Positions 1 through 12,663 of a stretch of DNA of 64,000 bases are shown piece by piece (the first letter of the stretch is position 1; each line of letters opens with the position of its first letter). The stretch is from positions 56,172,001-56,236,000 of the forward strand of contig OX597827.1 of NCBI GenBank assembly GCA_951406725.2, given 5' to 3'. Source of the DNA: Octopus vulgaris. Lineage: Eukaryota. Below the pieces are notes generated by a model. It was given only the letters and a program-made list of their open reading frames with translations, was not told the origin of the DNA and made no database searches. The position numbers were made by a program, and so were the translations under genes.

Positions 1-623
1 CCATGGACACAATACAGCCCCTGTACAATGGGATATAAATCATCAAACATGGTAGCCAGCAACCTGTTTTCCTACAGACAAGGCTCAACAGTAATCTTAT
101 TGATAAAAGTTATTGATACTGGTATGGTTGTGTGGTAAGTAGTTTACTTTGCAAGCATGTGGTTTCAGGCTCAGTCCCACTATGTGGCACCTTTGACAAC
201 TGCCTCCTACTATAAACCCAGGCTGACCAAGGCCTTCTGAATGAATTTGGTAGACAGAAACTGTGTGGAAACCCATCTTGTGTGTGGCGGGGGAGTGCTT
301 GTGTGTGTTTTGTGTCTGTGTTTGTCCCTCACCACTGCTTGACAACCACTGTTGGTGTATTTACATCCCTGTAACTTAGCAGTTCGGCTAAGATACCAAT
401 AGAATAGGCACCAGGCTTAAAAAATAAATATTGGAGTTAATTCATTCAAGTTAAAATTCTTCAGGGTTATGACTGTCTAATGGCTGAAAGAAGTAAAAGA
501 TTAATTCAAAACAATGTGAATAAATAAGCATTATATATGAGAGAGTAATCTGAATGTTGAAGGGTTAAAAGTCTAAGAGACATTACTTTATTTTGGACTT
601 GGAAGATACAAAGGAAGACTTAC

Positions 624-736
624 TTCTTTATTTTCATTTCAATCTCATCCATTTCAGCATGTGATTTCTCCAGCTGCTCTATTTTATGCTGGTGGAAATC
701 GCCCATCTCAGCAAATGTTAAAATACTTTTCATTAT
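624..736 (-). CDS. CFAP43: CFAP43 exon (IMKSILTFAEMGDFHQHKIEQLEKSHAEMDEIEMKIK), last exon found in window
   Basis: Acceptor tatgacAG, donor GTAAGT; phase 0 in, phase 2 out; 99-bp intron to the previous exon; coiled-coil character matches the segment expected after the 836-1058 exon. Confidence 0.8.
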
Positions 737-768
737 CTGTCATAGTGCAGAAAACAGAAAAAGAAATG

Positions 769-800
<32 letters not shown>

Positions 801-835
801 CGACTGAAACCATTTCTCATTGCCACTAATCTTAC

Positions 836-1058
836 CTCTTCTTCTTTTTTAAGCTTATTTCTTCTTAACTCGCATAACTTTACCCAAGTATTTTGGTCTA
901 AGCCTTCTGGCTGTTGGCTGTCATTGTCAAATTCCTTAAGAGCAGCTGCAATTGAAGCATTCCCTTGTTGAGCAATCACAATTTTCCTTTGGTGATATAT
1001 GCTTTGCATCACAATGTCCCCAGATGGCATTGTATCTGGTGTTTTGAATTTATAAGCC
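836..1058 (-). CDS. CFAP43: CFAP43 exon (AYKFKTPDTMPSG...EFDNDSQQPEGLDQNTWVKLCELRRNKLKKEEE)
   Basis: ttattttAG / GTAAGA; phase 2 start joins ...KRPR of the 4140 exon; PEGLDxxxWxxxCxxRRxK motif recalled from CFAP43. Confidence 0.88.
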
Positions 1059-1205
1059 CTAAAATAATAGAAATGTTAGAAGGGAGGCAAAAGTAATCAA
1101 TCAGTTGAGTAGCCACAACAAAACCAAAAACTGACCAATGTATGTAAAAAAAAAAAAGGAAGAAATTTAAAGAGAATCTTTTACCATTATATGAAGAAAT
1201 TTCTA

Positions 1206-1772
1206 TTGGGTTGTCCGGGAAGTTTGTGCTGATTTTTAAAGGAAAGAAAAAGGTCAATAAATACTTGCCATTACATTTTTAATCAACCAAATATGAACCA
1301 TTTTGTTGCACAATGCATCTCCATCTTTCCTTTAACTTGAAAATACCTTCTTCCCAGAATTCAGGTGGTTTCATGGCAAAGAATTCATCAAGGTATCTTT
1401 TCACATCATCCAAGGAATTGAAATTTTTACCATTAAGACTATTCTGCAGAGACCTGAATAAGTGGAAATCCAAAGGAGCAATATCTAGTGAATATGGAAG
1501 GTGGGTTAACATATCCCAGCCAAGCTGCAGCAATTTTTGTCTGATTCCCAAAGCATCAAGTGCCGAAAAATGAACTTTCTTATCTTCCATTTTAAAGAGT
1601 TACAGAATTAACACAGACTATAGGAACATAAACCTTCTTCCACGAAAAGATAGCTTAAACTGTGCTCTAAATGGAGGTGTAGTCAAATCCTATTTTGTGG
1701 ACTCAACCATGTTCTAAAATAAGTCGAAAGGTAAGCTACTATAAATCAGCTTGAACTTTCCGGACAACCCAA
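1206..1772 (-). mobile_element. internally deleted mariner element with both TIRs
   Basis: TIRs ttgggttgtccggRaagtt...aactttccggacaacccaa flanked by TA; transposase C-terminus (HLPYSLDIAPLDFHLFRSLQNSL) at 1279-1590. Confidence 0.92.
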
Positions 1773-3497
1773 TATAATGTAAAGCACAAAAGATTTTTAA
1801 AAAACATCTAACAAATGTTTTATCTTATATTACAATTGATTTCCAAGTTTCCAACAGACAAATCACCGATCCACTACATTTCTAGCAACAATAGTGATAT
1901 AGGAGCATTAATTATCTATATGGACACTACACTTCATTATGCAACCATAATATACTACAAAATATGTTAAACATTTTATAAGTCAGTACTGTGTTCTACT
2001 GTGTTAGCAGTGCTATTACATCACTTGTTGCTGTTGTCTCTACAGAATTTTCTATAGAAATTATACACAGCACTGATTTTGTTACATCATAACAAAATCA
2101 GTGCTTAACAAGTGATATAGGAGCGTCTGAAACTCAATGCCAAACAAATAGTTCAAGGATCTTCACTAAAAATAAATCAGTTTTTCTGCTCAACCAAAGG
2201 GACAAGGATGCCTCTATCACAGCATGTAATGCTATAACAGAAAGTGTCAACTCTACCAGTAGGTTATGTAGTTGTCCAGAACTATGTAGAAAGAGAAACA
2301 GGCAGAAAGAGAAAGGCCCTATAGCCTGATATGATTGACTAGCATGAAGCTGCTTGCTTTATACCTCCTCATTTACACCACCTCTGTTGGTTGCCAGAAT
2401 ATTTGACTGTACTTCAAAGAGAAAAGAGCTTTCCATAGCAAGAAAATGCATACTTCAGCAAATCTATAACTTCTTGAGGAACTGGCACAACTCACTTTAT
2501 TTAATTCCCCCCACATCAAATGTAGAACCAATCACAACCTGGATTCATCCGGCTGACATCAAAAGTAGATCATCCTGTGAAATTTGTTCCTGGTTTACTT
2601 TATCCTATTGTATCCATGTACTCTGAATCCTTGATTTAACTTTGAAGTTCTGTTCTCCTCCTCGTTCTATCAGACAGCTTCTATCAACTCATATCTGCTC
2701 TGCCAAACTCCAACCACTGGTCCACAAACATGTTGTCTTCTCATCCTAGCTTTTCTGTAGCTATTACAATGCCTTCTGCTCCCCGGACATCCTGTATCTT
2801 ATTCCACTTCTAGTGAATTCCCCTTGACTTACTTAACTCTCTCCCTTGCATCATCGATATTTTGTTTACTCTCCTACTAGATCCTGCACTAGTAATTTTT
2901 CTACAATCCTTCCTCACCAGAATGCCCTCTTTCTGTACATGCTACCATGCTTATCATTTTTCCTGCAGTCATCTATGTTAAACTGTTCAAGAGGAATGTC
3001 TGTCGATCATGTCAATCTCATGGCACTTGGAGGTCAGCCCTGCAATGACTCTGAGCACAACCACATCCTTCAGAGCAAAACATTAGAAAAAAATGGTGCT
3101 CCTGGGATTGTAAAGTTGGATGTAATTGGACATGAGGAATAAATAAAATAACAAGGGATTACTAAGAAGTTCCTGGCTTTGGGTAAAAGAAAATACAGGA
3201 GAATCAATTAATTACGATTTTATTCAACATATTCCCCTCTCAGATTCATACGCTTATTGCAGAAGACCAGTTTTTCTAAGCCCTGTAAAAGGGGCTTCTA
3301 ACCAGGCCTTTTGTGATAGCCTTAAAGCCAGGAACTTTTCATGAAGAATTGGATTCTTCATGCCAACAATGCATCCTGTCACAGAGATCTTCTCACTCAT
3401 GAGTTTCTCACCAAGAACAACATATTGCTTTTATCAATTCAGTAATGAAAAATTAAATTATACCATTTAGAAAAATTACATATAATAGAAAGATTAA

Positions 3498-3620
3498 ATA
3501 TTTGTCCTCATCTTGTTTGGTGTTATTAACACAGTGTTTTGGCTGATATACCCTCCAGCCTTCTTCAGGTGTCTTGGGGAAATTTCAAACCTGGGTTCTC
3601 ATTCCTAAGGTATTTTTCGA

Positions 3621-3669
<49 letters not shown>

Positions 3670-3862
3670 GTTGTTATTATTGTTATTATTATTATTATTG
3701 TTCAGGTCACTGCTTGGAATCGATCTCAGAATCTTGGGGTTAGTAGCCTGCACTCTTAACCATTATGCCAACAGGCATATGGCATAGTGGTTAAGAGCAC
3801 AGGCTACTAACCCAAAGATTCCGAGTTCGATTCCAAGCAGTGACCTGAACAAGAATGATAAC

Positions 3863-3933
<71 letters not shown>

Positions 3934-4103
3934 TAATAATAATAATGATAATAATAACAACAACAACAACAATAATAATAACATCAAAAAATACCTTAGG
4001 AATGAGAACCCAGGTTCAAAATTTTCCCAAGACTCCCAAAGAAGGCTGGAGGGTATATCAGCCGAAACATTATGTTACCAACAAACAAGATGAGGACAAA
4101 TAT
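3498..4103. repeat. ~600-bp fold-back of a tRNA-like head, (AAT)n and hammerhead-like tail
   Basis: 3498-3770 is the reverse complement of 3780-4103 around a 9-bp spacer. Confidence 0.9.
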
Positions 4104-4139
4104 CCGTTGAATGTAGATAATGTAAATAATGTATCTTAC

Positions 4140-4315
4140 CTTGGACGTTTCCGGAATAGCTTGTAGAGAGTCTCTAGAAAAACCACAGCAACACCAAGGA
4201 ATTCATTTCTGAAACCCTTATCCAACTGTCTGTCTTCTAACAAAAGTTGTTCATATTTCACTCGATAATCTGCCATTCTTTTCTCGGAGTCTTGTACATG
4301 TTGAACAATGTTATC
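4140..4315 (-). CDS. CFAP43: CFAP43 exon (DNIVQHVQD...EDRQLDKGFRNEF...LYKLFRKRPR)
   Basis: ttttttccAG / GTAAGA; matches recalled CFAP43 EDKxxDRxFKKEF...LYKLFKRRPR. Confidence 0.92.
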
Positions 4316-5219
4316 CTGGAAAAAAAATAACATGGAAATAAATATTGAGAAATATATGGTTAGTTTCAAACAAAGCATTGATGTGAATGAAGACAAGGAA
4401 ATTGTGGGTGTTTTGTATACAATAAGCTCATTATTATTGTTGCTGTTATTATCATTGTCATTGAGTGAGAGAGCAGTGCATGCCATCAAAGTGACACTGG
4501 GGTAAAATATACGAAGCCCAATATACCCATCATGACTACCCATCTGATAAGCGTACACTAGGCACATGCATCACAACCACATGTGCACGACATGGTGATC
4601 TCATATCAAGATAAACAACGCATGACCTTGCAGGTGGGGCCCAGTTAGAATTTTCTTCTGGTCAAGTAGCCCATCCCGCTCAAAAGGTCCCTGAATAAGG
4701 ATTGTTTAAGGATGTTGAACAAACCACCCACGTTTCCGAAGGTGAATTATCCAAACCTCCAAGAATTCCTTTCAACACATAGCTATGATGCTCCCCCACT
4801 ACTTCTGCTCATGATCAGAGATGCACATACCGTCAGCCACTAAGGGACATGATCAACTGGTAAAGGTCAAACTGGTAAAGGTCAAATTTATGGTATTGAG
4901 CAGAATACTTGCTGTAGCCCATCTTTTATACCAAGACAAAACACTGTACATGATAACACTTCCAATCAGTTAAGATCAGAAGCCATGAGAGCCACTGTCT
5001 GGCACCTATTTATTATGATTCTTTGACTGCTGTGTCGCCATTTTTTGGTGTATTTCAACCAGAAAGAGAATAACAAGAGAATAACAAGCTACATAATGCA
5101 AAATTTTTACTTTTCAAAAATACCAATTCTAAAGGGTCGAAAAGAAAACAAGCCCGAGCAACGCTGGGCTATACTGCTAGTATATATATATACTATACAT
5201 GTTTGTCCAAGTGAATACA

Positions 5220-5277
<58 letters not shown>

Positions 5278-5362
5278 TGTATACACATGGACAAACACAT
5301 GCAATCATGTGCATTCCTACATGCACAGAAGTGCTATAAAAAGCACATGTATTATACATTAC

Positions 5363-5470
5363 CACATGAGTTCTGATGCTGTTCCTTTCCCAAATCAGAT
5401 GCTTTTCATAAACAGCAAATTCATCTTCCAACATCAGATTCATTTTGATACGGTTTAGCTTCAGTTCCTC
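5363..5470 (-). CDS. CFAP43: CFAP43 exon (EELKLNRIKMNLMLEDEFAVYEKHLIWERNSIRTHV)
   Basis: tttcaacAG / GTAATG; 108 nt, phase 0-0; completes the Q-EELK motif. Confidence 0.88.
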
Positions 5471-6465
5471 CTGTTGAAATGGCAAGAGAAGATTTATTGT
5501 GGAATTCATTTTCCATCAGACTAGAGATTATAGGATGAAAATCAGCAAAGAACACTGAAAGGATAGCTTTTTATCTTCTATCTTTTACTTGTTTCAGTCA
5601 TTAGACTGTGGCCATGGCATTTTTCTACCAGCTACCAGCCTGACAGGCCCTTTCAAGAACAGTCCTTTTCCTCTAAGCCATAAAAAGTTATCCGTTCATC
5701 CATCCCATCTTATTCACTCATTCAACTATTTCATCCGTCTAGTCATCTATCCATCCTCTGTCTATCTATATGTCTGCCAATCCATCCATCCATACACCCA
5801 TATATACACATTTACATACATGCATGCATGCATGCATACATACATACATACATACATACACACATACATAACTGCATACATACATGCATGCATTCATACA
5901 TAATTACATACATAAATACATACAGACAAACAGACAGACAGAAAGGTAGGCAGGCATGCATGTAGGCATGCAGGCAAGCACACAGGCAGGCAGATGTGCA
6001 TGTGTGTAAGAAGCTTGCTTCCTAACCACATGGTTCTGGGTTCAGTCCCACTGTATGTCACCTTGGGCTAGTGTCTTCTATTATATCCTCAGGCCAACGA
6101 AAGCCTTGAGAGTGGATTTGGTAGACGGAAGCTGAAAAGAAGCCCCTTGTATGTGTGTGTGTGTATGTGAGTGTATGTATGTGTATGTGTGTGTGTGTTT
6201 GTTGTGTATGCGTTTGTCCTCCAATATTGCTTGATAACTGGTGCTGGTTTGTTTACATCCCTGTAACTTGGCAGTTTGGCAAAAGAGATTGGTAGAATAA
6301 GTACCTTGCTTATAAAAAAATAAGTACCGGAATGGATTCATTTGACTAAAATAATTGTCAAAGGTAGTGTCCCATCATGGCCACAGTCTAATGACTGAAA
6401 CAAGTAAAAGATAAAACACACCACACCAATTTTCCGTCCCAGAATAAGCAAAGTGTTTAGCTCAC

Positions 6466-6585
6466 CTGATAGACTGCAATCAACACCTGGGTGTGTTTCT
6501 GAAATAATGCATTCACCAATTCATCGAAAGCTACCATTATTTCTTGAATGATCCCTCGTAATTTCTTCAGTTCACTCTCAAGACC
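6466..6585 (-). CDS. CFAP43: CFAP43 exon (GLESELKKLRGIIQEIMVAFDELVNALFQKHTQVLIAVYQ)
   Basis: ttttttacccAG / GTGAGC; 120 nt, phase 0-0; LExELKKL...FDE motif; absent from the ORF track. Confidence 0.9.
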
Positions 6586-6789
6586 CTGGGTAAAAAACGT
6601 AAGAAAGTGTAAAGGTAAATGTCACCTAATTATGGCAATAAGTTCAGAGGAGACCTAGCTCAGCCATCTATCATTGGCTCACAAGAAAAGAGATCTGATT
6701 CAGTTTGTCTCACAATTTCATCATTTTCCCTATATAAAAAATGTTGATTTAATCAAAATCTGTTAAACCAGATTCTCCTAAACTGCACA

Positions 6790-7570
6790 ATGTGGTTCTT
6801 TCTGCATCTTTCAGCAATATTCAAGGTCTCTGTACAAATTTTTCCATTCATCCAATCTTTTCTTCATTCAAACATTCCACATGTTCTTGCTCTCTATGAG
6901 GCAAATCTGGATGATTCTGTATGTAACCCTGATCTTAAGGTTGATGGTCATTTACCTCTATTATGTTTTGAATCTGATACTCATCTCCATGGGTTGACTG
7001 TTTATACACAAACAGATCTTCCAATAATCAGAGTGCCTCATCTTGAATCTGTAGATGAATTTTATATGTACTTTCATGTCTCTCAGTGGAGGCGTGTAGC
7101 TTAGTGATCAGGGTGTCAGCATCATGATTGTAAGGTTGTGGTTTCGATTTCTGGACTGGGTGATGCATTGTGTTCTTGAGCAAAACACTTCATTTCACTT
7201 TGCTCCAGTCCACTCAGCTGGCAAAAATGAGTAACACTGTGATGGACTGGCATCCAACCCAGCTGGGGAACACATACGCCATTGAAACTGGGAAACTGGG
7301 CCCATGAGTCTGGCTAGGCTTTAAAAGGGCACATTTATTTTTTTTTTTTTCATGTCTCTCACCTTTAAGTAACTTGCTACCTGTTTTTTCTTATAAAGAT
7401 TGCCTTCCTCTGACTCTTGTTTGCTTATTGAAGCTGTATTTGATGGTACAGATAGGGCCTTTGAGACCCACAGTTCAGCCAATGTGTGTATGTTAGGTGA
7501 TTTCCGTGCTCACCGTAGAAGCTGGTTACCTCATTCCCATTGAACTGACTAGCCAGAAGTTTTCTGTTCT
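6790..7570 (+). mobile_element. degenerate LINE (CR1/L2/Jockey-like) endonuclease fragment, interrupted by a SINE at ~7087-7335
   Basis: LALYEANLD...HGLTVY...LES, and later a LGDF-AH-like segment; tRNA-like SINE head in the middle. Confidence 0.55.
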
Positions 7571-7794
7571 CTCTGACTCATGACATACCCTCTAGCTATG
7601 TCACTGCAAAATGAAGAAAGACAAGTGAATCGGGGATGCCTGGGTGGGGGTGATAAGAGACCAGCCAACTCTGAGAAGTAGACAGCTCTATAATAGCAGT
7701 ATAAAAGGCAGGGAGAGGTGAAACAGCATGCCTGTGGTTCAAGGAACTTGAAATGTGTTGGTGAGTGACATATTTTTAATCAATTGGGTGACTT

Positions 7795-7833
<39 letters not shown>

Positions 7834-8032
7834 TGTGATCATGTGACCGACCAGGCCTCTACATATAATGCCTTGCAAGTGAATTTCGTAGAAGGAAACT
7901 GTGTGGAAGCCTGTCATATATGTTTGAGTGTGTATGTGTGCATATATATATATATATATATACAGTAATCCCTCAACTAGCGCAGGAGTTACGTTCCAAA
8001 TCACCCAGCAATATGTGAAAATCCATGAAGTA

Positions 8033-8715
8033 TTGGGTTGTCCGGAAAGTTTGTGCCGATTTTTAAAGGAAAGAAAAAGGTCAATAAATACTTGCCATTA
8101 CATTTTTAATCAACCAAATATGAACCATTTGAACCACAATGCATCTCCATCTTTCCTTTAACTTGAAAATACCCTCTTCCCAGAATTGAGGTGGTTTCAA
8201 GGCAAAGAATTCATCAAGGTATCTTTTTATGTCATCCAAGGAATTGAAATTTTTACCATTTAGACTATTCTGCAGAGACCTGAATAAGTGGAAATCCGAA
8301 GGAGCAATACCTAGTGAATATGGAGGGTGGGGTAACACATCCCAGCCAAGCTGCAGTAATTTTTGCAGTAATTTCTCAAAGAAACATGTAGTCTTGCATT
8401 ATCATGTTAGAAAACAACACCCTTCCTGTTGGCCAATTCTAGCTGTTTCTCTTGAATTGCTGCTTTTAACTCATCCAGTTGTGTGCAGTATTTCTCAGAA
8501 TTAATTGTCTGGTTACTTGAGAGAAGCTCATAGTAAAGAATCCCTTTCCAATTCCACCAGACACAAAGCAAGACTTTTGTAGGATGAAGACCCGCTTTTG
8601 GGGTGGGGTGGCTAAGGGTGGCTCATGTCACTTACTCCAGGATCGCTTTCTCTGAACATTTCGTTAGATAATCCATTTCTCATCACCTGTCACAATTTGC
8701 TTTAAAAATTTTTTG
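8033..8715 (-). mobile_element. second, truncated copy of the same mariner family
   Basis: Same TIR and near-identical 3' sequence; HPPYSLGIAPSDFHLFRSLQNSL; frameshifted. Confidence 0.9.
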
Positions 8716-9054
8716 TATCTTTGCTGTAAGGCTTCATCTCCACACGTACCAGCTTAATTCAATTTGTCCTTAGTCGAAAGACATCTGTTGTTATCTCCTG
8801 TTATTTTTATTGTATTTTTTTATTGTATTTGTATTTGTGTAACATTGTCCGTTTTTTCCGTCCTTGTTTTTGTATACATTCGCTGCTTTCTTCTAAGGAA
8901 TCTAATGCTCTTAGCTTAGTTTTTCCTTGGGGCTGGCCAGATTGGAGCAATCTCTAGAATAATCAGCTGAAATTGCGAGGATTATCTGGTGCTTGACTAT
9001 GTATATATATGTATGTATGTATGTATATATACATATGTGTGTGTATATATATAT

Positions 9055-11869
9055 GTGGGTAGATAAAGTAATTGAGGTAATCAGAGTAAGTGACAGAATA
9101 CTTAAGATTAGATTAGTGCTTCATCATAGTTTAGCAACCATTATATCAGCCTATGCTCCTCAGTCGGGGCTACCCGATGGACAGAAAGACCGATTCTATG
9201 ACACTCTACTGCAGACTACCTCATTGACGAACGACAGAGACCTTATCTTTGTGGCTGGTGACTTCAATGGTCACGTTGGACGACATGCTGGGGGCTTCCA
9301 TGGCGTACATGGAGGCTACGGCTATGGCTCCCGCAACGAGGAGGGAACCAGGCTGCTGGAGTTCTGCGATGCAAATAATCTTATGATTTGCAACACTAAC
9401 TTCAGGAAACCTACCAGCCACCTAGTCACTTACCAATCGGGCCAACATACCAGCCAAATTGACTACATCCTTACAAGGCAAAGGGAGAGATGGCTGCTTA
9501 TAAATGCCAAAACCTTCCCAGGTGAAGAATGTACCCCACAACATAGACTGGTAGTTAGTGACTTTAGGATCAGGACTAGGAGGACAACCAGAAGACGACA
9601 AATATGGAGAAGAAGGATCTGGAAGCTTAAAGATCCTGCAAATGGACAGAGATTTAGGGACATATTACTTGAAGCCTCTGACGAAGTAGAAGGGGATAGA
9701 GCATCACAGGGGGTAGAAGACAGCTGGACGTTTCTAAGGGACAACCTGCTGAGAGCCACTGACCAGATCTGTGGCTGGTGCAAAGTCCCCTCTCGACCTA
9801 GAATAACGTGGTGGTGGAACAATATTGTAGACAGGGCTATTAGAGAAAAGAGACAGGCTTGGAAGGTCTGGAAAAATGGGGGTAGCAGGGAATTGTATCA
9901 GACTGCCAAAAGAGAAGCTAGGAGACAGGTTTATTTAGCCAGAGGGGAAGCAGATAAGAAAAAATTTGCCAATGTTCTGCGCCGTGAGGACCAAAGACTG
10001 GAGGTGTTTCGTGTTGCAAGACAGTGTGTGAGAGAGAATCGTGATGTGGTAGGAGAGAAGTGTGTTCGCATGGAAGATGGTTCACTTGCGCTAAATGAGG
10101 ATGCAAAGAGAGAGGTTTGGAGATGCCACTATGAAAGGTTGCTGAATGAAGAAAATGAATGGGATAAAGAGAGTCTGCCGAATGTTGACCCAACAGAGGG
10201 ACCAGCTATCCGAGTTGATAGTTCTGTGGTAGCTAAGGCAATTAGAAGCATGAAGACAGGGAAAGCCCCAGGCCCATCAGGAATCACTGCAGAGATGCTC
10301 AAAATGTCTGGTAGTGTCGGCTATAGCCTAGTCACCCATATAGTTAATCAGGTGATACACAAAGGGGTCATACCCAATGACTGGTGTAGCAGTATAATAG
10401 TCAACTGCTACAAAGGTAAAGGTGATGCCCTAGATACAAACAACTACAGAGGTATCAAGCTGTTGGACCAGGTGATGAAGGTTACGGAGAGGGTCATAGC
10501 CCAACTAATTAGAGAGAGAGTTAGTTTAGATGAGATGCAGTTTGGGTTTGTGCCAGGGAAAAGTACTACTGATGCTATATTCCTGGTAAGGCAGCTGCAG
10601 GAGAAATACCTAGCCAAAGATAAGCCCCTGTACCTGGCTTTTGTTGACATGGAGAAAGCCTTCGACAGGGTCCCCCGATCCCTTATCTGGTGGGCAATGA
10701 GAAAACTAGGGATAGATGAATGGTTAGTGAGAGCTGTGCGGGCCATGTATAGGGACGCCGCTAGTAGGGTGAGGGTTGGAAATGAGTACAGTGAAGAATT
10801 CCGGGTAGAGGTAGGGGTCCACCAAGGCTCAGTACTCAGCCCCCTCCTATTTATCATAGTCCTCCAGGCAATAACGGAGGAATTCAAGACAGGATGCCCT
10901 TGGGAGCTCCTCTATGCTGATGACCTTGCTCTAATTGCTGAGTCGCTATCAGAACTGGAGGAGAAGTTTCAGGTGTGGAAACAAGGATTAGAATCGAAGG
11001 GCCTCAGAGTCAATCTAGCTAAAACCAAAGTCGTAATCAGTAGGAAGGTAGACAAATCACAAACACCTTCAGGTAGATGGCCCTGCTCGATCTGTAGAAA
11101 AGGTGTAGGTAGAAACTCTATAAGATGCACCAAGTGTAAGCTATGGACACATAAGAGATGCAGCAATGTCAAAGGAAGGCTAACTAGGAAGATGGTTTTT
11201 GTATGTGGCAGATGCTCAGGAACAATAAACACTGAAAATGCTCTGAGACCAACTTCTGTCACTTTCCAGGGAGAAAAACTAGAAATAGTTGATAGTTTCC
11301 GTTACCTAGGTGACCAAGTCAGCAGCGGGGGCGGGTGTGCTGAAAGTGTAACTGCTAGAGTAAGAATAGCTTGGGCAAAGTTCAGAGAGCTCTTACCTCT
11401 GCTGGTGACAAAAGGCCTCTCGCACAGAGTGAAAGGCAGACTGTATGATGCGTGTGTACGAACAGCCATGCTACATGGCAGTGAAACATGGGCCGTGACT
11501 GCTGAGGATATGCGTAAGCTCGCTAGAAATGAAGCCAGTATGCTCCGATGGATGTGTAATGCCAGTACTCACACTCGGCAGAGTGTAAGTACCTTGAGAG
11601 AAAAGCTGGACCTAAGAAGCATCAGTTGTGGTGTGCAAGAGAGACGTTTGCGCTGGTATGGTCATGTGGCGAGAATGGATGAAGATAGTTGTGTGAAAAA
11701 GTGCCACACCCTAGCGGTTGAGGGAACCTGTGGAAGAGGCAGACCCAGGAAAACCTGGGACGAGGTGGTGAAGCACGACCTTCGAACTTTAGGTCTCACC
11801 GAGGAAATGACTAGAGACCGAGACCTCTGGAAGTGTGCTGTGCGCGAGAAGACCCGGCAGGACAAGTGA
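9055..11869 (+). CDS. RTE ORF: partial APE endonuclease, reverse transcriptase and PHD finger
   Basis: GDFNGHVG, SQIDYIL, QHRLV (APE); NYRGIKLL, QFGF, FVDMEKAFDRV, GVHQGSVLSPLLF, YADD (RT); no stops. The first ~20 aa of the track ORF are microsatellite read-through, so the true N-terminus is missing. Confidence 0.93.
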
Positions 11870-12470
11870 GTCCACAACCCGTGGCCTTCTACATGGGATG
11901 GAGCCAGCCTACGTATGCATACCTTCCCTTCTTGGGACACAAAACTCTACTTGTGAAGACGTGTTGAGGCAAGTGAGGATCAGAATCGAAATCGATCAAT
12001 GGAAATTGCGGATGTGCTACCAGTGCCGGTGGCATGTCGAAACTCTGCTTGTGAAGACCCATTGAGGCAAGTGAGGATCAGAATCGAAATCGATCAATGG
12101 AAATTGCAGATGTGTTACCAGTGCCGGTGGCATGTAAGAGAACCTTCCGTTTCGCGACCATTGCCAGCACCGCCCCGTTTCGTGTTCGTTGCCAGCCTCG
12201 CCTGGCCCTCGTGCCGGTGGCACATAAAAAACACCATCCGTTCGTGGCCGTTTGCCAGCTCTGGCTGGCACCAGTGCGGGTGGCACGTAAAAAGCACCCA
12301 CTACACTCACGGAGTGGTTGGCGTTAGGAAGGGCATCCAGCCGTAGAAACACTGCCAGATTTGACTGGGCCTGATGAAGCCTTCTGGCTTCACAGACCCC
12401 AGCAGAACCGTCCAACCCATGCTAGCATGGAAAACGGACGCTAAATGATGATGATGATGATGATGATGAT
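9055..12470 (+). mobile_element. RTE-clade LINE, 5'-truncated, with repetitive 3'UTR and (GAT)n tail
   Basis: EN-RT frame, then a 3'UTR shared with many shorter copies in the window, the terminal stem-loop, and a (GAT)n tail at ~12446-12470; inserted in TA/TG microsatellite, antisense to the host gene. Confidence 0.95.
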
Positions 12471-12628
12471 GTGTGTGTATGTATTATATATATTAAAGAC
12501 TTGTTTTATTTATATTTCCTGAGCGCCATACTAATACAATTGTTTGTTTGTATTCCACCTGCCTTCGTCTTTTGTTTATTTCCGTAAACCTGCCTTCGTC
12601 TTTTGTCTATTTTCATAAAGCTTCCCGT

Positions 12629-12663
<35 letters not shown>

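Noticed and set aside
3775-3850. Functional tRNA gene
   Set aside because: A and B boxes are present but there is no proper acceptor stem; it is duplicated as part of a repeat, so I treated it as a tRNA-derived head.
8993-9054. N-terminus of the 958-aa ORF as a real start
   Set aside because: It is microsatellite read-through upstream of the 5' truncation point.
12371-12395. CTGATGA followed by a hairpin in the RTE 3'UTR (possible hammerhead)
   Set aside because: No GAAA follows the hairpin, and other copies read ctggtgca/ctgatgca at this position.
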